Positions 53,701-64,000 of a stretch of DNA of 64,000 bases are shown here, piece by piece. This stretch comes from Histomonas meleagridis 2922-C6/04-290x. Its lineage: Eukaryota; Protista; Parabasalia. Where the stretch lies: the NCBI GenBank assembly GCA_020184695.1, contig JAANOX010000026.1:1-64000 (forward strand), read 5' to 3'. The position numbers were made by a program, and so were the translations under genes. Below the pieces are notes generated by a model that did not search any database, was not told where the DNA came from, and was given only the letters and a program-made list of their open reading frames with translations. How positions within the stretch are numbered: position 1 is the stretch's first letter; the number at the start of each line of letters is the position of its first letter.

Positions 53701-54712
53701 AGATTAGGTCATGTTAAAACAAAAAACTTTAAATTGCATTCGAAATTGATTGTTGTGATTTTACTTTTTGTTCATATGTTATCATTGAGTAGATAAATGG
53801 AAATACATAAAAATATTTCTTGAAACAAGAAATCGATAATATCAATACTCATAACATTCAACTTATATACTTTTTTATTATTTACTCGAATTTACTCGTT
53901 TTTTTTAAACACAACAGGATTTGTGGGAACATCTCATTAAGGTAGGTGTGTGTGTGTGTTAAAATCCAAGAAATTTGTAATTGGAATACATCAAATGCAA
54001 AGAGAAGTGATTTAACGTCTTCTAGTGCAATCATATGGAAAATGCTCCTTCTCCATCGATTTTTCGATTGAAAACGGGAGTTATATGCACAATTTCTACT
54101 TTGGCATTAGTAATTACTTACCAATGCATAATATGAATGGAAAATTTAGATTAGTTGTGCCCATTATTCTGAGTTAATGGAAAACCACAAGATTAAAATA
54201 TCCAAACATGAAGAACATTTTTGACTTCATAAACAGCGCCAAGGAGCAAATCTTTCCATCAATAAATAAATAAAAAAATCCGTCCATTCCTTAGAAAGAT
54301 TTTTTGATACAAGCAAATGTTAAACTTATATCAATATGCAGTAAAGTATGTCGGGGGATATTTAAATAAAATAATACAACAAGACTTAAAGTTATTATTA
54401 GAAATTTAAAGTGGATGAATAATTAGTCATTATCATATATCATGAATAAACAATCAAATTAGCAAATCTCCGATTTTTTTCAAATTTAAATGAACGTTTT
54501 TTATATTAATGTGATATTTAAAATTTTTATTAATATATAATTATATCATATAATTAAATATTAAATTATTCTATAATTTAAGAAGACATTTCCTGTATAA
54601 ACACAAAAAACACATGAGTAATGAGTTGTGATGAATGATAATAGAAACCTAAATTTCTTCATCATCACTTAAATTAATATAGAAATGATTATTCTAATTG
54701 GTTTTAACAAAA

Positions 54713-54784
54713 GTCTCCGTAGTCTAATGGTTAGAATAGGAGTTTAACACGCTCTTGACGGCAGTTCGATCCTGCCCGGAGACA
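54713..54784 (+). tRNA. tRNA-Val(AAC)
   Basis: Acceptor stem GTCTCCG/CGGAGAC, anticodon arm GGAGT-TTAACAC-GCTCT, T-arm GGCAG-TTCGATC-CTGCC, discriminator A, followed by an oligo-T Pol III terminator. Confidence 0.92.
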
Positions 54785-55026
54785 ATTTTTTTAATTTTCA
54801 TATTAATGATATTGGTTTTTTTATTATTTTTTTAATTTTTTGATATCATAAATTGTTTCTCAATAAAACTTTGATACATTCCAAAGTAATTTTCAGGCAA
54901 ATTTTATTATTATAACTTAAATTAAGACATTTTAATTAATAATGGAAAATCGAAAATTTCACCTAATTATATGAGCATTAAAAAACAAATCGATATAGTT
55001 TTTTATAACATACAAACACACCAAAT

Positions 55027-55566
55027 TTATAATGAATATCCACCTGATATTGGACCCCATATTCCAAGAGCAAGTAATATAAAATCAACAATCCACCAAA
55101 TAAACAGACCACCAGCCGTAAATAATTTCAAGAATCCAAGGAAGTAATATCCAAGATAAAATCTATCAGCACCAAATACACCGAGAAAGAATGATAAAGC
55201 AATTGATTTAGAAAGTGTATATTCGCCATCTGTATAACATGGGTAAGTATTGTTTATCCAAAATTGTTCTCCAAAGCATTTTACACCTTCTAAAGGATGA
55301 CATACTGCAATTCCAAAAGAACTTTCACTTTGATGTCCAGAAGGACATCCATCAGATGGGAGTGTCCCTGCTTCGAATTCTTTTTGAAATTTATCAAAAG
55401 AATGAGTAATACATTGTGAATATTGAGGTGGTAAAAATTCGCATGGAATTTGTGCATTATTTGGATCCCAAGTTTCATTATGGCATGCAATAACAGAGCC
55501 ATTAATATCTCTATCACAAACTCTATGTGTTGGCCTTAGGATACATAATATTAAAAACAAAAACAT
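55027..55566 (-). CDS. TM2-domain protein with Cys-rich ectodomain (TM2D1/2/3-like)
   Basis: Signal peptide; Cys-rich region; [14 protein letters not shown]...[17 protein letters not shown] signature. Confidence 0.92.
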   Translation of the reverse strand: MFLFLILCILRPTHRVCDRDINGSVIACHNETWDPNNAQIPCEFLPPQYSQCITHSFDKFQKEFEAGTLPSDGCPSGHQSESSFGIAVCHPLEGVKCFGEQFWINNTYPCYTDGEYTLSKSIALSFFLGVFGADRFYLGYYFLGFLKLFTAGGLFIWWIVDFILLALGIWGPISGGYSL

Positions 55567-55655
55567 GACGATAAGAAAGTGTCAGCCACTTTTCTTCAGA
55601 AAAAAATGCACTTTTTTATTCCATTTGAAATCATAAACGGCGGCTACTTGAGCTC

Positions 55656-58600
55656 ATGACAAAGATTGCAAAAGACTATAAAAAAGTACAAGCAGAACTC
55701 GAGAAGTTTAACAGTGCGAATCAACTTAGGATAGCATTCATTAATTTTTATGAAAATGAAAAAGAAAAGTCTTCTCAAGAATATTATTTAAATTTACTTA
55801 CATCTTTTGAAACATTTTTAGTTGAATCTACAGACAAAAAAGCAATGAATATGATTAATCCACTTATTGCTGAAATTCTTATACAATATATTCCAATATC
55901 TTCCAAATCAATTGTTTCATTTATTCAAACTTTACGAATTCTTTGTGTTTCATTTCAAATAAATCCGATTTACCCCGATGATTCCAATACTTTTTTATTG
56001 TTTCTCAATACTTGTAAGTATGCTTTACAACAAAAACAAATACTTCAAATTGGTTTAAAATATTTTGATTTTTTATTTACAAACAAAAATTTTTATTCCA
56101 AGTTTATGGATGACAATGGTTTAATTTCGATATTTACTGAAATTTTTTGTCAAAACAATATTACAAATGACATCTCAACTTTTGTTTTATATTTTTTAGA
56201 TTTACCATTTATAGTTCAAGTCAATACGTGTACACAATTTTTCACGTTATTTCTTAAAACCATACAAAACAATTCAAATAATAATAATTCCAAATATTTA
56301 GCATTATTTTTTTCACATGTATTTGAAAACCTTTCCAATTCTAAGTTACAAGTTTCACATATATTTTCTGATTTAAATGGTTTTTCCATATTGATATCAT
56401 TTTCAAAATCATTAGATATCAATCAAATCGCGCAATTTTTTGCGTTATTATTTAATACTAAAGATGACACAACTAAAACGAAACCAAATTTTATCATAAG
56501 TAAATATATGTTTCATTTGTGTAAAATCAATTCGGAACTTTGTGATCATTTTTATCATATTTTATTACCTTTTTTCCCCAATTTTGCTGATAAAATCGAT
56601 TTATGTTTTCCTTTTAGTTATTGGTTTAGTGAATTTTGTCGACCTTTTGAAGAATGTTATTCGATGATTAAAATATTACAAATAAATTCACCAAAAATTA
56701 TATCGAAGAATTTACTTTATATATTTCGAATAATAAAGAATGAAAAATTTGAAGAAATTTATCAAATAATAGAAAATCAATTAGAAAATAATTTAATAAC
56801 AATAAAAGATTTATCTAATTCTTTATACTTATTTAATTTTATATGTAAATTACCAAATGAATTACTTGAAAAAATGTACAAAAATTCGAAATTTAGAAAA
56901 ATTTTATTTGATGTTTATGTCGAAGATAAATTATATCAAAGAAATGTTTTAATGAAATTAATACATTCGAATATTCATTTTATGAAATGTGCTGATTATT
57001 TAATCCAATCACCAACTTATGATAATGTTAAAGAATTATTAACTGAGAACACTGATAAAATTTGTGAAATATTTTTATTTTCATTTGTGAAATGTGTCGA
57101 AGTTTGTGATAATTTTGTTAAATTAAATGGAATGAAATGGTTAGAGAAAGTTAACTTTTATTTTTATGTACCTTTATTATCTTCTTTAGTATCTTTAAAA
57201 AGATATGAAGAAGTTGATAAATATATTTTAGATTTACCATTAAATCATAAAATTTATAAATTACCTGTTGATGAAATAAAGAAAATTGTTTATGGTTTAA
57301 ACAATGGCTCTTTTTCACCTATACGTGTATCTTCTTTATTTCATTTAATTCCTTTACCTGATTATATTGATCCTTATTCAACTTATATCTTAGGGAATAG
57401 TCATTATGTTGAAAAAGGTTATGAATGTCCTTTAATTAAAGAAATAGCTAATCGTTATATCCCTGCTAAATATGTTCCTTTATTATTATCTAAGCCGTAT
57501 AACTTAAAACAATTTTGTGATTTAAATTTCGATCATTTTCCACTTTTCCAATTTTTTCATGGAAATGATCAATTAAAATTTAATATGTTATTTAGATCGA
57601 TTTCATTTTGGTTTAAGTTACATTCATTAAGTAAATCATTTATATTTCAAATCGAAGATATACATTTCCAAATTAATGAGAATTCGTTAATATTATTTTA
57701 TAATGATAAAGAATTTAAAACATTTCAAATTAATTCATTAAATTGGAATTTTATTTATATTACATCCGAAGAAAATTTTCGTTTAAATATTATTAAAATT
57801 CATGTTAATCAAGAAGAATATCAATTCCAATATAAAAATGTACATTTTTCTTCATTCATATTTAATTATAATGGTAATAGTATATTATTTATTGGTCCAA
57901 CAATTCGATTTTTTAGGAAATCGATTGAAGATATTAATAATTTATATAATAAAGGGCCAGGTTTTATGGATCAATTTATTACGAGTTCAATGGAATGTAT
58001 AATTACACCACATGGATATCAAAATTATACAAAAGTACCAACGAATTGTTATGCTGTACCATATTATGGGTTTCCATTTCATTTTATATCATTTAAAAAA
58101 CTTTCGATGTTATTTACATTTTTAGATAATTCACAAAACGAAAATCAATTTAAGAAAATGTTTAATACATTATTAACTATAAATAAAATCATTGTACGAA
58201 ATACGCCAATGTTTTGGCAAAGAATGCTTGTATCAATAAAAAATTCGCAATTTATATCAAAGAATATTATAATAAAAGCTTTAAAATCTGTAATGCAATT
58301 ACAAAAATGTGAAACTATTTTACCAACAATTTTATTCGATACTGAAATTTGGAGTTCAATTAATAATGAACTTTTAGTCGAAGTATTATTCGAAGCTTTT
58401 GAAGATGTTAAATGGTCAGCGATTCAAGACTTCGAATTATTTATTACGACGATTATCGTTAAAAATCCGAAAAGTAAATTAATCATTAATACTGTTTTAA
58501 ATAATTGTAATAAATTACCGAAAATTATTAAATATATTTATACTATTTTAGGTATTGCACATGTTTTAGATTTATCATTTATTACATGGGAAAAATTCAT

Positions 58601-61600
58601 TAAGTCACATAATGATATTGATGTACAATATACAATCATTGATTGTTTATGTTCTTATGTATCAAACAATAATAATTATAACATATTAAAACAATTTATT
58701 AAATATGAAAATTTATTCGATTTAATATTAATATCATCGAAATCTTTATCAGTAAAATTATTTCATCTTTTGTTCATAATCGAACAAAAGAATCCACAAT
58801 TTATAATAATTAATGAACCATTAATTATTACTATATCACAATTATCTTCTTATCAAGAAATTTGGAATGATCTTTTTTCAATTATTAATATAAAATTATT
58901 ACCTTTATTATTATCATTAATATGGAGTACATCAATAGCTATAATTCATTCATTATTTATTAATGGTGAAATAACTTTTGACGTTTCGATTTTAGGTTTA
59001 TATGAGAAAGGTATTGATTATTGTTTAGGGAATATAAATCAAATATTAAAAACAAAATTTTGTTTTGTGATTTTATCGGATTTATTTCCTTTAATATTTA
59101 ATTATAATGTGTTGTTTAATCATGAAATAATGGATGAAGATACTGAATGTGAACAAATACAATTATCAGAATTAACTGATTTCATTGATTCATTTTGGAA
59201 TGGTAAAGATCAAATTATTAATAATATTCATATGCCTAAATTTTCTTTTGTGGAATCAGCTCCAAATTTTTTAATGAGTATAATTACATCGATATTAAAT
59301 GGTTTTAATTTTAAGAAATTAAAAATTAGTCAATTAACAAATTCTAATATTGTGATTAAATGGTTTTCTTATTGTTCATTAAGTAAATTCATGTGTCATA
59401 TTCTTTCTGATTGTAATAATTCACAATTTAAAGTTTTGTTTCCTTGTTTTCTTTTGTCGATACCTTTGTTTGATAAAAACTTATCTAAAATTTTTACACC
59501 GACTTTTTTACATTGTGTTTTTAATGAATATGATATACTTTTTTCTAATTCTTCACATTCATTACAAGATATGTTAAATTATTTGTTTTTTGCTGTTGAA
59601 GAAGGTTGTTTTTCTGATTCATCAGCAATGTTATTAAAGAACTTATTAATAATTGTACAACCTATAATATCATATTCTAAATTTATTGATGATTTTGCTT
59701 CATTATTATTTGGGATTTTATATTTTTGTAATGAGAAATATCATAATTCGATTTTAGAAGTGATTAATGAAAAAATCGAAATTTTTATACGTATAATAAC
59801 TATAACTGAAACTATAAGTATTTTTTCTGCTATTTTATTGTCATATTCTAAATCATCTACTTCGATCTATAATAAAACATTAGAAACTATTAAAAGAACT
59901 ATAAAAAGTAATTTTGTATTAAATTATTTTTTGCCTAAAGAAAAAAATATAAATATTTCACATTCAATATTCGAACAACAATTAACAAAATTCATGAATA
60001 AATATCAAATGATATCCAAAGAATTAAATCAAACCAAATTTATCACTGAAGTAAAACATATATCTAAAACATTAACACATTTTACATATTTAGCAAATTT
60101 GAAATTATATTTATTATCACATTTATATCATCAAAACTTGTTAATGTTGGATTCGACATTTAATTTAATTGATGAAAGAATGCAATGGGAACAATTTCTT
60201 TTATCATTACATATCGAATCAGAATCCGAAAGTCTATTTAATCCTAAATCATTTCGTTTATCATCGAATTGTTTACCATATAATATTCCTATTCTTTATA
60301 CACCAACGAATTTCTCAATACCAAATAATACAAAAGATATGATTAATACTGACGTAATATGGCAATTTAGACATCATACAAAATCATTGTTTAATACAAC
60401 AGAGAATTTAAACATTTCATTACTTTCTTTGTTTTTACGAACTTTTTCGAATTTAGGTAATCCAATGATATATACTGAATGTAATATCATGCGATATTCG
60501 AACTCAATACCGTCCGTAATGTTTATATTTTCACATGTTATATTAATATTAACTTATTCTTCATTAGAATCACAAGAATTAAAATTAAATAAAATGATCG
60601 ATTCTAAAGATTTACATATTTTTTTGGAATCCGTTTTTATAGGTCATTGGGGTAAAACTTATTTATTTGCTTCTCATATAGTGATAAATATTTCATTATC
60701 TTCCTTCATTTATTCTAAATTACAAACACCAAATTCAATTGAAATATGGACATTCATGAACGGTCACTTTATAATAAACCTGTCAAATGACAAAATCAAA
60801 CGAATTTTGGCAATTTTTGACAAGTTTAATTCGCTATCGTTGTCATCTTTGTCAAATTCCTTCTTTTTGTTTAAATCGAATACAATTCAAAACGCAATTA
60901 ATAATTGGTTAAATAATTTAATAACTATTGAAGAATTGATATTAATTATTAATGGAATTCATGGAAATTCTTTTGTAGATTTAAATAATTATCCGATTTT
61001 TCCTGGGAAATTATTAAATAATTCGAAAGTTTCGACTTCAAATCAAATTATTAATATGTTAAATGAAAGAAAAGTTTTTTGTTATTATCGAAATCAAAAT
61101 GATATCGACAAAATTTCTAAAGAAGAAAATGATATTCCAGCGAATTTATATTTCTTATGTAGTTTACCTTGCGAATATAATAAAAAGAACAACGAAAACA
61201 ATAAAAAACAAAACACTTTAATGCAAGCACGAGTTAATCGCCAAATGTCTATTGGTTATTCATTAGACAAACGCTTATTAATATTAAACAACATCGAAAA
61301 CTTAAACATAAATCAAATCGCAAAATTACAGAATAACAACAACAATAAAAAAGTTATGGTGAAAGCAGCTTTCGATGACATTGCTTTTAATGATTCACAA
61401 ATCAATGATTATTATAAAGAAGAAGTTGCTTTAAGATTAAATTTACATAATTATCAGAATGTGTTACAATGGATTTCGAATCGATTTGGAATTACAATTC
61501 CAACAAAAATTATATCAACAAGTTCAAACTTATTCACAAAACAAAAAAATATCGGAGATTTGGATTGTTTCCATATGTGCCAAAAACTTAAAATTCATCC

Positions 61601-62567
61601 ATTAGAACATCAACGACTTGATTTCGTTGATAATTCTATTGTTAAACTTAAAAAACTTAGTGCTCGAATCGAAAGAAATACAAACCTATTCGCTTCAATA
61701 GATAAGGAATTATTGTTTTTGTCATTCATTTCTAAGGATAAAGGAAATTTCCAATATTTTATGTTGGATCATTTTTTTGCTTATGCTTCAAGTATTTATA
61801 TATCAGATAACGGTCTCTTCCTATCAATTGATTACGATTTTGGGTTGACCCAAATTTACAGAATAATGTATTCAAATGGTAACCCGACAGAGCTCCGCTT
61901 TTTGAACGACTTCAGTTGGAACACTTCACATCCAAAGTCGACCGTTAGCGGTAGTCAATTTATTTGTGCAACCGCTAGAGGGGATCATGTCGTTTTATGG
62001 GAAATTAATCATGGCACGATACATCGTGACTTAAAATTCGAGTTTTCGGTGGTAAAATCAATCGCTTTTGATGAAATATTTAACGCTATTTGGATTGCTA
62101 CAAATAAATTCGGTTATTTCGTATCAATTAATGGTGATACACTTGCTTATATAAAAATAGAAGATAACGTTACAGCAATGGCTGTGATGCCTCTGAGTAT
62201 CGAAGAAAATGACAGAAAAGTAATTTGCGGATGTAGTAATGGTTCTTTATTCATCGCTTCTTCAAGGATAGAGAACAAAACAATAGAAATGAAAAGACTT
62301 CCAAGTGAACACAAGGCAAAAATTGATCATATTGTTATTAACCAAAATAATAAAAGCTTTATGAGCGTTGACAAAGACGGAATTGCATACATTTGGACTG
62401 CGCAAGGAATGAATGCACAAATAGTAAAGCCTAGCTTTTTCGACGGATGCGCAATATGTGGTAATCCACAAATACATAATTGTTGCTCATCTTGTGGAAG
62501 AGGTATCTGTGAAAAGTGCATGTTCGGTGGTACATGTTCACTTTGTGCGGCGCTCGTTGTTTGTTGA
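55656..62567 (+). CDS. BEACH-family protein (ConA-like, PH, degenerate BEACH, WD40, C-terminal Zn finger), 2303 aa
   Basis: SISFWFK (ConA-like); W...ITIEELILIINGIHGNSFVDLNNYPIFP and WISNRFG (BEACH ends); WD-like C-terminus; CxxC-x7-CCSSC-x4-CxxC-x5-CxxC. Confidence 0.8.
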   Translation: MTKIAKDYKKVQAELEKFNSANQLRIAFINFYENEKEKSSQEYYLNLLTSFETFLVESTDKKAMNMINPLIAEILIQYIPISSKSIVSFIQTLRILCVSFQINPIYPDDSNTFLLFLNTCKYALQQKQILQIGLKYFDFLFTNKNFYSKFMDDNGLISIFTEIFCQNNITNDISTFVLYFLDLPFIVQVNTCTQFFTLFLKTIQNNSNNNNSKYLALFFSHVFENLSNSKLQVSHIFSDLNGFSILISFSKSLDINQIAQFFALLFNTKDDTTKTKPNFIISKYMFHLCKINSELCDHFYHILLPFFPNFADKIDLCFPFSYWFSEFCRPFEECYSMIKILQINSPKIISKNLLYIFRIIKNEKFEEIYQIIENQLENNLITIKDLSNSLYLFNFICKLPNELLEKMYKNSKFRKILFDVYVEDKLYQRNVLMKLIHSNIHFMKCADYLIQSPTYDNVKELLTENTDKICEIFLFSFVKCVEVCDNFVKLNGMKWLEKVNFYFYVPLLSSLVSLKRYEEVDKYILDLPLNHKIYKLPVDEIKKIVYGLNNGSFSPIRVSSLFHLIPLPDYIDPYSTYILGNSHYVEKGYECPLIKEIANRYIPAKYVPLLLSKPYNLKQFCDLNFDHFPLFQFFHGNDQLKFNMLFRSISFWFKLHSLSKSFIFQIEDIHFQINENSLILFYNDKEFKTFQINSLNWNFIYITSEENFRLNIIKIHVNQEEYQFQYKNVHFSSFIFNYNGNSILFIGPTIRFFRKSIEDINNLYNKGPGFMDQFITSSMECIITPHGYQNYTKVPTNCYAVPYYGFPFHFISFKKLSMLFTFLDNSQNENQFKKMFNTLLTINKIIVRNTPMFWQRMLVSIKNSQFISKNIIIKALKSVMQLQKCETILPTILFDTEIWSSINNELLVEVLFEAFEDVKWSAIQDFELFITTIIVKNPKSKLIINTVLNNCNKLPKIIKYIYTILGIAHVLDLSFITWEKFIKSHNDIDVQYTIIDCLCSYVSNNNNYNILKQFIKYENLFDLILISSKSLSVKLFHLLFIIEQKNPQFIIINEPLIITISQLSSYQEIWNDLFSIINIKLLPLLLSLIWSTSIAIIHSLFINGEITFDVSILGLYEKGIDYCLGNINQILKTKFCFVILSDLFPLIFNYNVLFNHEIMDEDTECEQIQLSELTDFIDSFWNGKDQIINNIHMPKFSFVESAPNFLMSIITSILNGFNFKKLKISQLTNSNIVIKWFSYCSLSKFMCHILSDCNNSQFKVLFPCFLLSIPLFDKNLSKIFTPTFLHCVFNEYDILFSNSSHSLQDMLNYLFFAVEEGCFSDSSAMLLKNLLIIVQPIISYSKFIDDFASLLFGILYFCNEKYHNSILEVINEKIEIFIRIITITETISIFSAILLSYSKSSTSIYNKTLETIKRTIKSNFVLNYFLPKEKNINISHSIFEQQLTKFMNKYQMISKELNQTKFITEVKHISKTLTHFTYLANLKLYLLSHLYHQNLLMLDSTFNLIDERMQWEQFLLSLHIESESESLFNPKSFRLSSNCLPYNIPILYTPTNFSIPNNTKDMINTDVIWQFRHHTKSLFNTTENLNISLLSLFLRTFSNLGNPMIYTECNIMRYSNSIPSVMFIFSHVILILTYSSLESQELKLNKMIDSKDLHIFLESVFIGHWGKTYLFASHIVINISLSSFIYSKLQTPNSIEIWTFMNGHFIINLSNDKIKRILAIFDKFNSLSLSSLSNSFFLFKSNTIQNAINNWLNNLITIEELILIINGIHGNSFVDLNNYPIFPGKLLNNSKVSTSNQIINMLNERKVFCYYRNQNDIDKISKEENDIPANLYFLCSLPCEYNKKNNENNKKQNTLMQARVNRQMSIGYSLDKRLLILNNIENLNINQIAKLQNNNNNKKVMVKAAFDDIAFNDSQINDYYKEEVALRLNLHNYQNVLQWISNRFGITIPTKIISTSSNLFTKQKNIGDLDCFHMCQKLKIHPLEHQRLDFVDNSIVKLKKLSARIERNTNLFASIDKELLFLSFISKDKGNFQYFMLDHFFAYASSIYISDNGLFLSIDYDFGLTQIYRIMYSNGNPTELRFLNDFSWNTSHPKSTVSGSQFICATARGDHVVLWEINHGTIHRDLKFEFSVVKSIAFDEIFNAIWIATNKFGYFVSINGDTLAYIKIEDNVTAMAVMPLSIEENDRKVICGCSNGSLFIASSRIENKTIEMKRLPSEHKAKIDHIVINQNNKSFMSVDKDGIAYIWTAQGMNAQIVKPSFFDGCAICGNPQIHNCCSSCGRGICEKCMFGGTCSLCAALVVC

Positions 62568-62652
62568 GTTTAAGTAAAATTTTAAGTGTGGAAACAAAAT
62601 TTTTAATTAAATGGTTTACATGTATTCAAAATGTAAATTACTGAAATTGAGT

Positions 62653-63036
62653 TCAAAAAGGTGAAATAGCACATTTAGAATAGTCAATTCTGGATAAGAA
62701 TTGTTGCCTTTCTCGTGATGCTTTTACTATGTTGATTGTTTCGTCAAGTTGTTTTATAATTTTTTTAAGGTTTTTGGAAGTCTTTTCATTTTCAAGATAT
62801 TCTGTTAAAATTTGATTATATTTTTCTTCAAAATCTTCCTTTGATGTACATATGATTCCTTCGTTTTCTTTTTCTATTTGTTTTTTCTCTTCTTCCATTT
62901 TTTGAATTGATTCTTTTAATGCCATTAATTTTTTTGTTTTTCTTTCCTTTTTTAATTTTATGTCTATAACCTTTGCATTTAATACTTGGATCTCATTTCT
63001 TAAGATTTTGAGTTCTTCAAATGTTTTTTCGTTCAT
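62653..63036 (-). CDS. Small coiled-coil hypothetical protein
   Basis: 127-aa ATG ORF with K/E heptads. Confidence 0.7.
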   Translation of the reverse strand: MNEKTFEELKILRNEIQVLNAKVIDIKLKKERKTKKLMALKESIQKMEEEKKQIEKENEGIICTSKEDFEEKYNQILTEYLENEKTSKNLKKIIKQLDETINIVKASRERQQFLSRIDYSKCAISPF

Positions 63037-63085
63037 TTTTCTTATGAACGTTTAAAATTAAAAAAATACGTTTGAGAAATTCCAA

Positions 63086-64000
63086 ATGCAAAAAGAAGAA
63101 ATCAAAAAACAAACTCAAGCATACCCAACTCGTAAACGATTGACTGAAAATGAAGAAAAAAAGAAATTTTCACAAATACAAGATGAACTTGAAAGAATAT
63201 GTGATCAAGGAAATCAAGAACAAGAAGAATTACAAAATAGTATGAGTCAAAAAATGGAAGAACTTAAATCTTCCCATATTAAGAAAATGGAATCTATTCG
63301 TCTACAAAATGATAGTGATGAAAAAGCTTTAAAAGATATTGCGCAAAACATAAGCAGACGTAGAGAATCACTTCAAAGTGAACTTAAACAAATCGAAGAT
63401 TTATTTAATAAGGAAAAAGAACAATTAAAATTAAATCACAATAAAGAAATTATTATTTTAAAAAAAAAACATGAAAAAGAAAAATCAGAGCTTAAAAACA
63501 AATTTAATGATGAAATCGAATTTGAGAAAACAAAACACGAAAAAGAAATTGAAGATATGAAATCAAAATCAGAACTTCAAAAGAAGCAAAAATCCGAAGA
63601 ATTGTCCAAAGAACTTGAAAACATTTCGACGCAAAATGAAGCGGAATTATTAAACATGAAAAATATGCACATTAATAAGCGAAAAGAAATTGAAAAAGAA
63701 TATAAAGCAAAAATTGACAAACTGAATATTGAATTTAAAGAAAGACTCGAAAATAAGAAGAAAATATTACAGAAACAATTCGAAGCAGAAATTAATGGAA
63801 TTAAACAAAAGAATAATGAAATTAAACAAAAGCAAAAAGAAAACTTACAAAAACAATTAGAAAACGAATTAAACGATTTTAAACAAAAACATAAAGAAAA
63901 TTTGCAAAAACAATTTGAAAATGAATTAAATGAAATCAAACAAAAACAAAAAGAAAATATACAAAAACGAAAAGAAAGAATTCAGAAACAGTTTGAAACA
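63086..64000 (+). CDS. Coiled-coil protein, 3'-truncated by the window (absent from the ORF track)
   Basis: ATG at 63086 (MQKEEIKKQTQAYPTRKRL...). The frame reads open toward the window end and finishes in ~22-aa KQKxKENLQKQxENELN repeats. Confidence 0.8.
   Translation, partial: MQKEEIKKQTQAYPTRKRLTENEEKKKFSQIQDELERICDQGNQEQEELQNSMSQKMEELKSSHIKKMESIRLQNDSDEKALKDIAQNISRRRESLQSELKQIEDLFNKEKEQLKLNHNKEIIILKKKHEKEKSELKNKFNDEIEFEKTKHEKEIEDMKSKSELQKKQKSEELSKELENISTQNEAELLNMKNMHINKRKEIEKEYKAKIDKLNIEFKERLENKKKILQKQFEAEINGIKQKNNEIKQKQKENLQKQLENELNDFKQKHKENLQKQFENELNEIKQKQKENIQKRKERIQKQFET

Noticed and set aside
53880-54360. GC-richer intergenic patch with a (GT)n microsatellite
   Set aside because: No sustained ORF, RNA fold or terminal repeats identified.
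63577-63939. Minus-strand 120-aa ORF
   Set aside because: Shadow of the plus-strand coiled-coil ORF that starts at 63086.

Overview
Very AT-rich, gene-dense, apparently intron-poor eukaryotic DNA read with the standard code. The gene content (BspA-like LRR surface protein, DUF3447-type ankyrin remnant, BEACH protein, divergent Rabs, KilA-N element) points to a parabasalid protist such as Tritrichomonas, Trichomonas or Histomonas; this host assignment is an inference. Bases 1 to about 9.6 kb are one arm of an endogenous Polinton/Maverick-like DNA virus. It carries a KilA-N gene, a candidate penton, a 1333-aa phage-like fibre and an AEP primase-SF3 helicase gene broken by three single-base frameshifts, and ends in a ~1.2-kb noncoding region with iterons and a ~580-bp imperfect palindrome. 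Next come a P-element-like transposase remnant, a complete but dead 1.2-kb mariner with perfect 30-bp TIRs, about 23 host genes and one tRNA-Val(AAC). The most unusual feature is a set of ankyrin-repeat loci (main array 41.56-42.62 kb; further copies at 10.8, 39.3 and 46.3 kb). In these, 90-nt ankyrin modules are separated at the same position by 62-80-nt AT-rich spacers that carry a conserved hairpin motif. The spacers break the frame or contain stops, yet lack GT-AG splice signals, suggesting non-canonical introns or a cassette library.
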